Shown here: positions 1-7,768 of the stretch, piece by piece | Layout of the letters: the number at the start of each line of letters is the position of its first letter | Numbering within the stretch: position 1 is the first letter of the stretch | NCBI GenBank assembly: GCA_038253515.1 | Contig: JBBSHB010000002.1 | Location: 824-64,823 of the forward strand | Direction of reading: 5' to 3' | Length of the DNA stretch: 64,000 nucleotides | DNA from: Gemmatimonadales bacterium | GTDB lineage: Bacteria > Gemmatimonadota > Gemmatimonadetes > Gemmatimonadales > GWC2-71-9 | Program-made: the position numbers and the translations under genes | Notes under the pieces: generated by a model | Databases searched by the model: none | What the model was told of the DNA's origin: nothing | What the model saw: only the letters and a program-made list of their open reading frames with translations

Positions 1-1515
1 GAGACCAGCGGCGATCCGGGCGGCAAGGTCGGTCACAACGAACGTCTTCCGTGCCTTCGGAGGCCCGAAGACTACGCCGACGCTCTCCGCCGGGATGCTG
101 CCCTCCACGATCCAGACCCGAGGCGCCTGGGGCCCGAAGATGTCTATCTCGGGCACCAGCCCGCCGCTCCGACCCATCAGTGCCAACGGAGGAGCGGCGA
201 ACGCCCAGCCGGATTTAAGGAGCAGATCCTGCCACTCTTGCGGGATCCTGTCCCATTCAGAGTCCCCCTTGAGTGCCGAGCGGAGCAGCATCAAGAATGA
301 GCGGTGTTCCCGTGTCCGGTACTTGTCGGCGAGCGGCAGCACCGCTGAGTGGAAGACGTCGTGTAGTGGGTCCGCTGCGCGGGCCGCCGCTTCGAGCGTC
401 TTCCAGCGATCCAGCAGCTCCGCCCCCCTGAGCGTGGTGACTTCGAGATAGAGCGAGGGCATGGCATCGCCGAGTATCGCCGCGATCCGCTCGCCCTCAG
501 TCGGCAGGGGGCGCGCCGGCTCCGCCGGTGCAACAGCCTCGGGGTCAGCCTCAAAGGCGTCAGGAGCGGTGTTGATGTGGCCCTGAGCCCGCGAGAGGAC
601 ATAGGACCAGCCGAGGGCGTGCGGAGGTCGCAGGCTGTCCCAGACTCGATCAGGGGGATGCGAGCCTCCCATGCCGTCCTTACCTCGCGATGACCAGTCG
701 AGGTAGATCGCGAGCCCCTCGGGGAGATGGTCTTCGCCCGCCGCCCCACGGATCGCCCGGCCCATGTTGATGTAGTCGTCGTGATCGGCCTCATTGGGGA
801 TCGCCGCCACCACCTCCCTGAGCCGCTCAAGCGAGGGCGCCCTGAGCGAGTCCTGATCAACGTCGGCCGCATTGGTTGTGGCACCACCCCCGCCGAGGGT
901 GACCGTGACTCCGTGAGGGGCGAAGGCAGCTTCGAGGGCCGGTAGGATCTCGTCCCTGACCCGCTCGGGGGTGAGCAGGGGGAGGCTCGCGGCGCCGACT
1001 TCGGCCAGCAACTCGACCCCACCGGAGCGGTCCCCGAGGTGCCACTGGTACGGCGCCCTGGTGTCAGGGTGGATTCCGTGAATCACGAATTGCTGGCCGC
1101 TCGCGAGCACCTCGATCTTGGCATGGGCTGGGCATCCCGGCCCGGAGAGACTCAGCGTCATCTTCTTGAAGGCGGAGTCGGTGCGGCAGGGAATGGCAAA
1201 CTTCGGAGGCCGTCCAGTGCGCTTGAGAATCGGTGCTCCCAGGGCGGTGGTGAGAGCCGTCTCCGCCACGTCCGCCAGGGCCGGATCAGTGATGTCCACA
1301 TCGATGGTGGGGAATAGCCGAGTGCGTAGGCCGAGCCCCATACCGTCCTTGAGCCACGTCTCGACCATCGCCGCCTTGACGTGCAAGGTGGGCCAGCCCT
1401 TCGCCAGACATCGCTTTTGGCCCGGCTGAATCGGGATCAGCTCTCGGCCGAAGCCGGCGTCCCAGAGGGCGCGCGTGGGTAGCGTGGGGGGTGCTGCGGC
1501 AGTAGATTGATGCAT
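1..1515 (-). CDS. Bifunctional DNA primase/polymerase (AEP Prim-Pol) + PriCT-2-like + start of a P-loop (RepA/AAA_25-like) domain; C-terminus off the window
   Basis: The minus frame is open from ATG 1515-1513 to position 1, with AGGAGG at 1525-1530. It is absent from the ORF track because there is no stop in the window. My own translation gives MHQSTAAAPPTLPTRALWDAGFGRELIPIQPGQKRCLAKGW..TIDVDITD..KIEVLASGQQFVIHGIHPDTRAPYQWH (Prim-Pol motifs). It continues AAIPNEADHDDYINMGRAIRGA..IYLDWSSRGKDG (PriCT-2-like) and ends WIVEGSIPAESVGVVFGPPKARKTFVVTDLAARIAAGL (Walker-A-like). Confidence 0.8.
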   Translation of the reverse strand, partial: MHQSTAAAPPTLPTRALWDAGFGRELIPIQPGQKRCLAKGWPTLHVKAAMVETWLKDGMGLGLRTRLFPTIDVDITDPALADVAETALTTALGAPILKRTGRPPKFAIPCRTDSAFKKMTLSLSGPGCPAHAKIEVLASGQQFVIHGIHPDTRAPYQWHLGDRSGGVELLAEVGAASLPLLTPERVRDEILPALEAAFAPHGVTVTLGGGGATTNAADVDQDSLRAPSLERLREVVAAIPNEADHDDYINMGRAIRGAAGEDHLPEGLAIYLDWSSRGKDGMGGSHPPDRVWDSLRPPHALGWSYVLSRAQGHINTAPDAFEADPEAVAPAEPARPLPTEGERIAAILGDAMPSLYLEVTTLRGAELLDRWKTLEAAARAADPLHDVFHSAVLPLADKYRTREHRSFLMLLRSALKGDSEWDRIPQEWQDLLLKSGWAFAAPPLALMGRSGGLVPEIDIFGPQAPRVWIVEGSIPAESVGVVFGPPKARKTFVVTDLAARIAAGL

Positions 1516-1556
1516 GGCCACGGTCCTCCTAACCTTGGCCCAGCCAGTTGTCCTCC

Positions 1557-1587
1557 GAACGCTCCGCGACTTCCGCGCGGAGCGTTC
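1557..1587. promoter_or_regulatory. Perfect 12-bp inverted repeat (GAACGCTCCGCG-N7-CGCGGAGCGTTC) 42 nt upstream of the replicase start
   Basis: Read directly from the sequence. It is followed on the + strand by GTGTTTTG. It could be an operator, a 5'-UTR hairpin or a + strand terminator. Confidence 0.4.
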
Positions 1588-1877
1588 GTGTTTTGCTACG
1601 CAGGGTGCCTAGACGGGGGTATTACTTGCCTTGGTGATTCGGATTCGCCTGCCCGCTCGTAGCAGGAAGCCAGCATGACTGTGCGCGTGCTCCGGCCTTC
1701 GCGAAGGATCGCGGCGGTGAGTCTTCTCTCATGGGCGGGAGATCCTGCTGGTACAACCTGTGATGGGGCGGTGAGCCCCGGTGCTGCTGCTACTCCGGCG
1801 GGTGCCAGACGCGCGAATAATAGCTGATACGCGACTCGGCCGCAATTGACACGAATGACAATCCCCTATCAAGGCGG

Positions 1878-2060
1878 AGCGGTCAGAGCGGTCAGCAGAG
1901 CAGTCAACGCGGACCGCTCCTTGACCGCTTGACCGCTCCGGGCGCGAACTCGTTGCGCCGTAAGGCTGACCGCTGCTTGACCGTTCTGACCGCTCTTCTC
2001 CTCCTGCCGCCTTTGACCGCTCACGCCCCCCCTCTATAGGGGGCGAGCGGTCAGCGGTCA
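1878..2060. repeat. Iteron array: 12 copies of the octamer AGCGGTCA/TGACCGCT (9 perfect, 3 one-mismatch); putative origin or replicase-binding region
   Basis: AGCGGTCA occurs at 1878, 1887, 2046 and 2053, with AGCAGTCA at 1899. TGACCGCT occurs at 1922, 1930, 1967, 1987 and 2014, with GGACCGCT at 1911 and TGACCGTT at 1978. An AT-richer stretch (about 1811-1873) lies beside it, and the palindrome TCGATTAATCGA sits at 2075-2086. Confidence 0.85.
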
Positions 2061-2214
2061 CCCTCCCTGCACGATCGATTAATCGAGAGCGGAGAGACAC
2101 CCCATGCGGTTGCGAGACGCCCGGCTCCCGCCTCAGGCTGCAAGCTCGACCCAGCGGAGTGCGCGCCCGCGCCCGAGACGGCCGACGCTCCCAGCTTGGT
2201 CGGGGGTGTAGATC

Positions 2215-2415
2215 TTGCTTGAACCAGGGGCACCCTCCAGCCCCGGGTCTGTCGTGGTGCTCCGGTTTTGGACCGAGGCGGCTCGCCAATGGGCCGAGAA
2301 GCACATTGAGCATGAGGGCTGGCAGCGGTGGGGCTGCGACGGGATTGCCGTGGACCCTCGGTGCGTGCAGCCGATTCTCGAAGCTTCGGGGCTCACTATC
2401 GGTAGGGGTCCGTGA
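2215..2415 (+). CDS. Small orphan ORF (hypothetical, 53-66 aa depending on start)
   Basis: This is the only ORF in the 1516-2617 gap with a non-degenerate composition (..VVVLRFWTEAARQWAEKHIEHEGWQRWGCDGIAVDPRCVQPILEASGLTIGRGP). Candidate starts are TTG 2215, GTG 2254 and GTG 2257. I recognise no family. Confidence 0.3.
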   Translation: MLEPGAPSSPGSVVVLRFWTEAARQWAEKHIEHEGWQRWGCDGIAVDPRCVQPILEASGLTIGRGP

Positions 2416-2617
2416 CTGAGCAGGCGTATCTGCTTCGCCCGGCTGGGGGCGCGCCGGTCGTGACACTTCCACACGCGCGCGGGACGGCCCCAACCCCCCA
2501 GCCCTACAATCGGGGCTCCGCCCACCAAGGCGCCGGGATAGCGGGCCGGGCAACCAGGGGACACCGCAAGCCAGCACGCCGGCGATCCACCAGGCCCGTC
2601 ACCCCCGCCAACCCCCG

Positions 2618-3697
2618 TCAGCCCGCAGCTCGGCCTGCTGCGGCGGCGTCGGAAGCCCCCAGCTTCGCCAGCTTCTCCACTCCCGCCGAGAGGTCGCTCG
2701 GCGCAACGATAGCGTATCTCCGGTAGACCGATTCGCTGCGGTGGCCAACAAGGCGCATCGCCACCGACCGAGGGACGCCAGCCCGCTCCAGATTCCTGAC
2801 GGCGCTTCGGCGAAGGTCATGGACTAGCACGCCCGGCCGCCCCGCTCGCGTGCAGGCCCCCGCCCACGCCTCCTTGATGTTCCGAATCCGCTGCCCGCCG
2901 CGCCTATGAAAGACCCAAGAAATAATCTGGCCGGTGCGCCGCTGTTCCGCTGCGGTGTAGGCCCGCTGGCCTTCGATGAGGCCTGCCAGCTCGGGGTGCT
3001 CTGCCAGCGGCCATTCCCGGCCCTCGCCGGACTTGGTGGTGCCCGGCTCGAGGCGGATGGCGTCAGCGGTCACCTGGGCCCATGAAAGGCTCAGAACTTC
3101 GGAGGAAAGACGCCAGCCTGTGATGGACGCGAACCGGATCGGGGCACGGAGCGGCGCAGGCAGCTCCTTGATGATCGCCGCGACCTCGGCCTCGCTCACC
3201 CACCCTGTCCTCGCGTTCTGCACGCGGATTTGCGGAAAGGGCGGCTTGGTCTGCAGGGCGCCCGCACGGATCGCGAGGTTGAAGCAGCGCGAGAGCACGC
3301 CCAGCTCGTACACGAACGTGGCGGGCCGCGCCCCCGCCTTGGCCCGGTCGGCGGCGTAGGCGGTGAGCCGGGCGGCGGTGATGTCCACGGCCCGCTCCCG
3401 CTCCCCGAAGTAGGCGTCGAGGTGCTTGAAGGCACGCGGGACGGGCCGTGTCGCTCGGCGTTGGTTCAGTCGGTGATCGGCCTCGATGAGGGCGCGCAGG
3501 TCCGCGAGCGTGACCTTCTCCGCGTTCGGAGCGTGGCGCCCACCGGCGACCTCGGAGAGCCGCCGGCGGAGCAGTTTGGTCGCGACGGCCTTCTCGGTCG
3601 ACCGGCTGGACTCTTGGAAGACCTGGCCTCGGTGGGAATACTGAATGTACCAGCGCCTGCCGCGCAGGAAGACGCTGCCTTCGCCGTGATGCCGCAT
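2618..3697 (-). CDS. int: Tyrosine recombinase / phage-type integrase
   Basis: The N-terminus SVFLRGRRWYIQYSHRGQVF is typical of phage integrases. The C-terminal catalytic motifs HDLRRSAVRNLERAGV and LVGHRSESVYRRYAIV are present. I prefer ATG 3697 as the start because GGAG lies 5 nt upstream. Confidence 0.9.
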   Translation of the reverse strand: MRHHGEGSVFLRGRRWYIQYSHRGQVFQESSRSTEKAVATKLLRRRLSEVAGGRHAPNAEKVTLADLRALIEADHRLNQRRATRPVPRAFKHLDAYFGERERAVDITAARLTAYAADRAKAGARPATFVYELGVLSRCFNLAIRAGALQTKPPFPQIRVQNARTGWVSEAEVAAIIKELPAPLRAPIRFASITGWRLSSEVLSLSWAQVTADAIRLEPGTTKSGEGREWPLAEHPELAGLIEGQRAYTAAEQRRTGQIISWVFHRRGGQRIRNIKEAWAGACTRAGRPGVLVHDLRRSAVRNLERAGVPRSVAMRLVGHRSESVYRRYAIVAPSDLSAGVEKLAKLGASDAAAAGRAAG

Positions 3698-3768
3698 GGG
3701 ATCTCCGCTCGAGGGGACGCTCTGCAGCAGATGCACTATCTGCGCCTTCGCGCCCTGAACAGCGACCC

Positions 3769-3788
3769 TTCTACTGCAATTCTACTGC
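3769..3788. repeat. Tandem 9-mer TTCTACTGC-AA-TTCTACTGC in an AT-richer patch just outside the integrase gene
   Basis: Read directly from the sequence, 72 nt beyond the integrase start. This is a candidate att core or integrase arm site. Confidence 0.5.
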
Positions 3789-3833
3789 GAATGCCCTACC
3801 CCACGGCGTGGTGCTACATGTTAAGTAACGATC

Positions 3834-6800
3834 CTAGCGGTGGTTAGGTGGCGTGGGCTGGGACAGCCGGCGGAAGTAATCCACCACCAGCCGGCGCTCC
3901 TCCGGAGAGAGCTGCTGCAGCTCTTCCCAGGTCGGCACCCGCAGTCCGTCCTCGCCCTGCAGACGGGCCCGGAGCGCCGGCGGAAGGTGGACGCTGTCAC
4001 CCGTGGCTACCGTGCTCTGGCGCTCCTTCCGCTCGTCTTCCTCCCGCCCTTGGAGGGTGCGTCCCGCGTCCAGCATCCGGCGGAACAGCCGCTCCTGCCG
4101 CTCCACCACCTGACGATCGAGCCGGCCCGCCTCCAGGCGCTTGGCGAGCTCCTTGGCTTCGTCGCCCATCTCGCCCGCCCCGGGCATGTTCCCCTGCCCC
4201 TTGAGCTTTTGCAGCTCCTCGGCCAGCGCACGCTGCTGCGCACCCAGCCGCCGAAGCTGCTCCTGGATCGCGCCGGCGCCCGCCATCGGCAACAGACCAG
4301 CCGCCTGCTGGCCCAGTCCGCCCTGCTGCTGCGCGAGCTGCGCCATGCGTTCGATCGCCTCCTGGAGCCCGGAGCCGGACTCCGAGCCCGCCACGTCGCC
4401 GCTGGCGCGCAGCAGTTGGTAGGCCGCCGCGTTCAACGCGTCGACGGCGCCCCCGGCTGCCTCCGCGCCTTCCCGCGAGTTGGGCGTGGTGTTGGCGATC
4501 GCTTCACGGGTTCGCTGCATCTGCTCCTGCGCGCCGCCGAGGGCCTGGCCGATCGCGGGCGGCACCAAGGCGTTCTTCCCCGCCGTCTTCCGCACCTGCT
4601 CCAATACCCGCTGAAGTCCCTCCTCGATGGCGGCCTGCTCGGCACGGAGCGAGCTGCCGGCGTCGGCGTCGGTCCGAAGCGACTCTTCAACCGTCAGCTC
4701 GCGCTGCGCCAGTCGGCTGGTCTCGGCCAGCGCCTGATCGAGGCCCTCGGCCACTTCCTTCCGCCACTCCTGCTGCATGTCCTGACGCTCGCTCTGAAGC
4801 TGGTCGGACAGTGGGTCCAGGGACCGGGCCGCCTTCTCACCCGACTTCTGCGCCTGCTGCCGCCGCCCGGCGCGACTCTCCTTGCTCGCCTGCTGCATCT
4901 GCCGCGCGGCCTGCGCCGCCTGCTGCCCCGCCGAATCGAGGCGCTCCTCTCGCGCCGGCGCGTTCATCGATTTGGCCACCCGATCGAGTGCCGAGGCCAG
5001 CGAGTCGGCGCGGGTGGCGAGCTGCCGTTCCGCCGCCGCCGCGCGCATGCTGTCGGCCGAGGGGACCTGCGCGTTCCATTGCCGCTGCTCCTGGGCCAGG
5101 TCCTTGGATTCCTTGCTCAAGTTGGCGAGGTCGCCTTCGAGAGCGGCGCGGCGGAACAGCTCCTTGCTCCGCTCCAAGGCGTCCCGCAGCTCCTTCTGGG
5201 CCTCGGCCAGCCGCTCGAGCGCGTCCTTGGCGCGATCGGCGTCGAGGCCATTGAGGGCCTGCTGCAGCGCCGCCAGACGCTCGCGCAGCTCCGGCGAGAG
5301 CGCTCGATCGATCTGCTCCCGGATCTCGGCGAGCTCCCGCTCCCAGGCCGAATCCCCCAGACCGGCCGCCTCCGCGCTCTTCCGCAAGGCATCCAACGAT
5401 TCCTTGAGCCGCTCGGCCTGCTTCATCAGTTCCTGCTGGGACTGCGCCACCGCCTCGGCGCGTTTGGCCTCCTCGAAGGTGAGCGACTCGCCGTTCTTGT
5501 CTCCCGCGGCCTCCACCGGCCGCGATCGCTCCTGGGCGAGGTCGCCGGTCTGGCGCTCGAGTCGCTTGCTCGCCGCGGCGGCCGAGTCGAGCCCGCTGGC
5601 CACCGTGGCACTCGCCAGCCGCTCGGCCGCGCGCACCTCGCTCATGGTGGGGAGCCGCAGCACGAACTCGCGCGACCGGCCGGTTTGTCGTTGCGGGGTG
5701 TTGTCCGCGGCGACCGCGAAGTAGCGCACCGTGTCGCCCGGCAGGAGTCCCCGCCGGTTCAGATCGAGGGTATACGTGAGAATGGCACGGTCCGGCTTCT
5801 CCGCGGGGAGCGGAATGGTCTCCCGCCAGGCGGAATCCGTCAGGCCCAGGTAGCTGATCCGGCGGCTCAGCAGAGTCACCTCGGTGATCTCGTGGTCATC
5901 CCGGACGTCCAGCACCAGCGGGACCTGGAGACTCACCGGCGCGAGGGTGTCCACGCCCGGCACGGGAACGTCGACCCGGGGCGCGCTGTCCGCGACGACG
6001 CGGATGGGCAGTCGCACGGTGTCTCCGGCCAGCGGCGCGCCGCTCCTGGTGGCGAGCGTCAGCCGATATTCTCCCGAGCCCGCGGGGACGAAGCTTCCGG
6101 CGAAGCGTCCGTTCTCAACGTCGAGCGGTGCCACCAGGCGGCCCGCCGACCACGCCGCGCGCGCCAGCGGCGCGGTCGCCTCGCCTCGGGTCTCGATGCG
6201 TGTGCCGGCGGGAAGCAGCAGGGTGTCGCCGCTGGTCGGAACCGGCTCGGCCTCGAGCCCCAGGTATGCGGGATAGTGCGCGGTGACCGTGACGGATCCC
6301 AGAAAGACCGGCAGGCGTACCCGAACGAGCACGGTATCCGACCCGCGGTTCCCGCTGGTGATGCGGGCGAAGAGATCGCTCTCCAGCGGACCGGTGCTGA
6401 CGCTGGCCCGGCCGGCGGAATCCAGGGCTACGGCCCGGGGACGCCATGGCTCTCCGGGAGCCCGCAGCCAGAGCGTCGCGGCTCGCCGGCCGAACGCCTG
6501 GAGCTCGAGGGCCACCGAATCCCCCCGGTCGACCACGCCGCGCGCCGGGTGGATTCGAAGCGGCGCGATGGTGGCTTCCCAGGCGCGCCTCGGGTGCCAG
6601 AGCGCGGCCGCCGCGCCTCGAATCGGCCCGGCCGAGGTGAACGCCGTGAGCCCGAGCACCAGAAGCCCGGCGCCCGCCAGCATGATGACCCGGACCACCC
6701 GGGCGAGCGGCGCTACCGCCGCGAGTCCGCGTCGCTCGAGGTCGGCGGCCTGGGCGCGGTCGGCCAGCTCGAACAGCGCCTCGCTGGTGCCCGGAGCGAT

Positions 6801-7118
6801 GACCCCCAGGAGAGCGGTCAACGTTCCGGAGCGCCAGGCACCCAGCTCTTCCAGCCGGCCGGCCACCCGGATCGGCGACAGCCGCGCCTGTGCCCCCCAG
6901 GCGAAGTACGCCACCAGGACCAGAGCGGCGAGGGCCACGCCCCATGCGACCAGGACCCAATAGGGCGCGTCGAGCCACCCCAGGCGCGCCGACCACGCCG
7001 CCACCCCGAGGAGCAATCCGCTCAGACCGAGGCCCAGCGCCCCCCATCCGATCCACGACCGGGCTCGGAGCGGAGTCGCGAGGCGTGCCAGAGCTTCCCC
7101 GGTTGCGGGAGCGCTCAT
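3834..7118 (-). CDS. Large membrane-anchored coiled-coil protein, DUF4175-like
   Basis: The N-terminus has TM helices (WIGWGALGLGLSGLLLGVAAW, YWVLVAWGVALAALVLVAYFAW). A long A/E/Q/R-rich coiled-coil region follows. The C-terminus reads ERQERLFRRMLDAGRTL..LSPEERRLVVDYFRRLSQ. ATG 7118 overlaps the upstream stop (ATGA). Confidence 0.75.
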   Translation of the reverse strand: MSAPATGEALARLATPLRARSWIGWGALGLGLSGLLLGVAAWSARLGWLDAPYWVLVAWGVALAALVLVAYFAWGAQARLSPIRVAGRLEELGAWRSGTLTALLGVIAPGTSEALFELADRAQAADLERRGLAAVAPLARVVRVIMLAGAGLLVLGLTAFTSAGPIRGAAAALWHPRRAWEATIAPLRIHPARGVVDRGDSVALELQAFGRRAATLWLRAPGEPWRPRAVALDSAGRASVSTGPLESDLFARITSGNRGSDTVLVRVRLPVFLGSVTVTAHYPAYLGLEAEPVPTSGDTLLLPAGTRIETRGEATAPLARAAWSAGRLVAPLDVENGRFAGSFVPAGSGEYRLTLATRSGAPLAGDTVRLPIRVVADSAPRVDVPVPGVDTLAPVSLQVPLVLDVRDDHEITEVTLLSRRISYLGLTDSAWRETIPLPAEKPDRAILTYTLDLNRRGLLPGDTVRYFAVAADNTPQRQTGRSREFVLRLPTMSEVRAAERLASATVASGLDSAAAASKRLERQTGDLAQERSRPVEAAGDKNGESLTFEEAKRAEAVAQSQQELMKQAERLKESLDALRKSAEAAGLGDSAWERELAEIREQIDRALSPELRERLAALQQALNGLDADRAKDALERLAEAQKELRDALERSKELFRRAALEGDLANLSKESKDLAQEQRQWNAQVPSADSMRAAAAERQLATRADSLASALDRVAKSMNAPAREERLDSAGQQAAQAARQMQQASKESRAGRRQQAQKSGEKAARSLDPLSDQLQSERQDMQQEWRKEVAEGLDQALAETSRLAQRELTVEESLRTDADAGSSLRAEQAAIEEGLQRVLEQVRKTAGKNALVPPAIGQALGGAQEQMQRTREAIANTTPNSREGAEAAGGAVDALNAAAYQLLRASGDVAGSESGSGLQEAIERMAQLAQQQGGLGQQAAGLLPMAGAGAIQEQLRRLGAQQRALAEELQKLKGQGNMPGAGEMGDEAKELAKRLEAGRLDRQVVERQERLFRRMLDAGRTLQGREEDERKERQSTVATGDSVHLPPALRARLQGEDGLRVPTWEELQQLSPEERRLVVDYFRRLSQPTPPNHR

Positions 7119-7768
7119 CCCCCGTACCCCGCGGCGTAGGCGAAGAGGTTCACGCCCATCCGGATCGCCGCCTCGTGCTTCTCCGGTGGATCGTGATGCA
7201 CTTCGGCGTCCTCCCAACCGTCGCCGAGATCGCACTGATAGTCGTAGAACACGGCGAGCCGCCCATCCAGGAAGATGCCGAATCCCTGGGCCGGCTTGCC
7301 ATCGTGCTGGTGGATCTTGGGCAGTCCCTTGGGAAAGTCGTAGACCAGGTGGTAGATCGGATGGTCCAGCGGGACCTCCACCAGCGGGTGATCGGGAAAG
7401 AGCCGAGCCAGTTCGCGACGCAGCGAGGCATCCATTCCGTAGTTGTCGCTGGCGTGCAGGAACCCGCCCTGGAGCAGCCAGGCGCGTAAGGTCGCCAGAT
7501 CCGGGTCGCTGAAGTGGACGTTGCCGTGGCCGGTCATGTGGAGGTACGGCATCGACCAGAGGCGGTCGTCGCTCAGCGCGACCACGACTTCGGTATCGGC
7601 CACCGGCAGGCCGGTGCGCTCGCGAATGGCCCGCAGCAGATTCGGCAGGCTGGACGGATTGGCGTACCAGTCGCCGCCGCCATCGTAATGCAACCGGCCG
7701 ATGGTCATGACCGGCCCCGGCCCGGCGGCCAGGAGCGCGGAGAGCGCAAGCAGTGCGGCACGGACCAT
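7115..7768 (-). CDS. DUF4159-like secreted protein
   Basis: It has a signal peptide followed by IGRLHYDGGGDWYANPSSLPNLLRAIRERTG..MPYLHMTGHGNV. Its start overlaps the rsmI stop (TGATG). Confidence 0.8.
   Translation of the reverse strand: MVRAALLALSALLAAGPGPVMTIGRLHYDGGGDWYANPSSLPNLLRAIRERTGLPVADTEVVVALSDDRLWSMPYLHMTGHGNVHFSDPDLATLRAWLLQGGFLHASDNYGMDASLRRELARLFPDHPLVEVPLDHPIYHLVYDFPKGLPKIHQHDGKPAQGFGIFLDGRLAVFYDYQCDLGDGWEDAEVHHDPPEKHEAAIRMGVNLFAYAAGYGG

Larger units (their letters stand above)
1..3833 (-). mobile_element. Right-hand part of an integrated replicative element (integrase, iteron region, Prim-Pol replicase); left boundary lies outside the window
   Basis: Integrase and primase-polymerase/helicase-like genes lie on the same strand, with an iteron-rich non-coding gap between them. 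The sequence is locally more AT-rich than the flanking chromosome. The right boundary is only approximate (tandem 9-mers at 3769-3788). Confidence 0.6.

Noticed and set aside
1878-2060. Possible CRISPR array
   Set aside because: The units are only 8 bp, occur in both orientations and have irregular 7-37 bp spacing. There are no spacer-sized unique segments and no cas genes. Iterons or operators fit better.
1729-2577. 282-aa minus-strand ORF across the integrase-replicase gap
   Set aside because: Its composition is R/S/P/G-rich. Its DRS/ERS repeats are simply the octamer iterons translated, so it is not a gene.
3840-7139. 1099-aa ORF on the + strand
   Set aside because: It is antisense to the DUF4175-like gene. 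Its composition is R/L/P/G-rich with no motifs, a typical high-GC shadow ORF. The minus-strand product has TM helices, a coiled coil and a conserved C-terminus.
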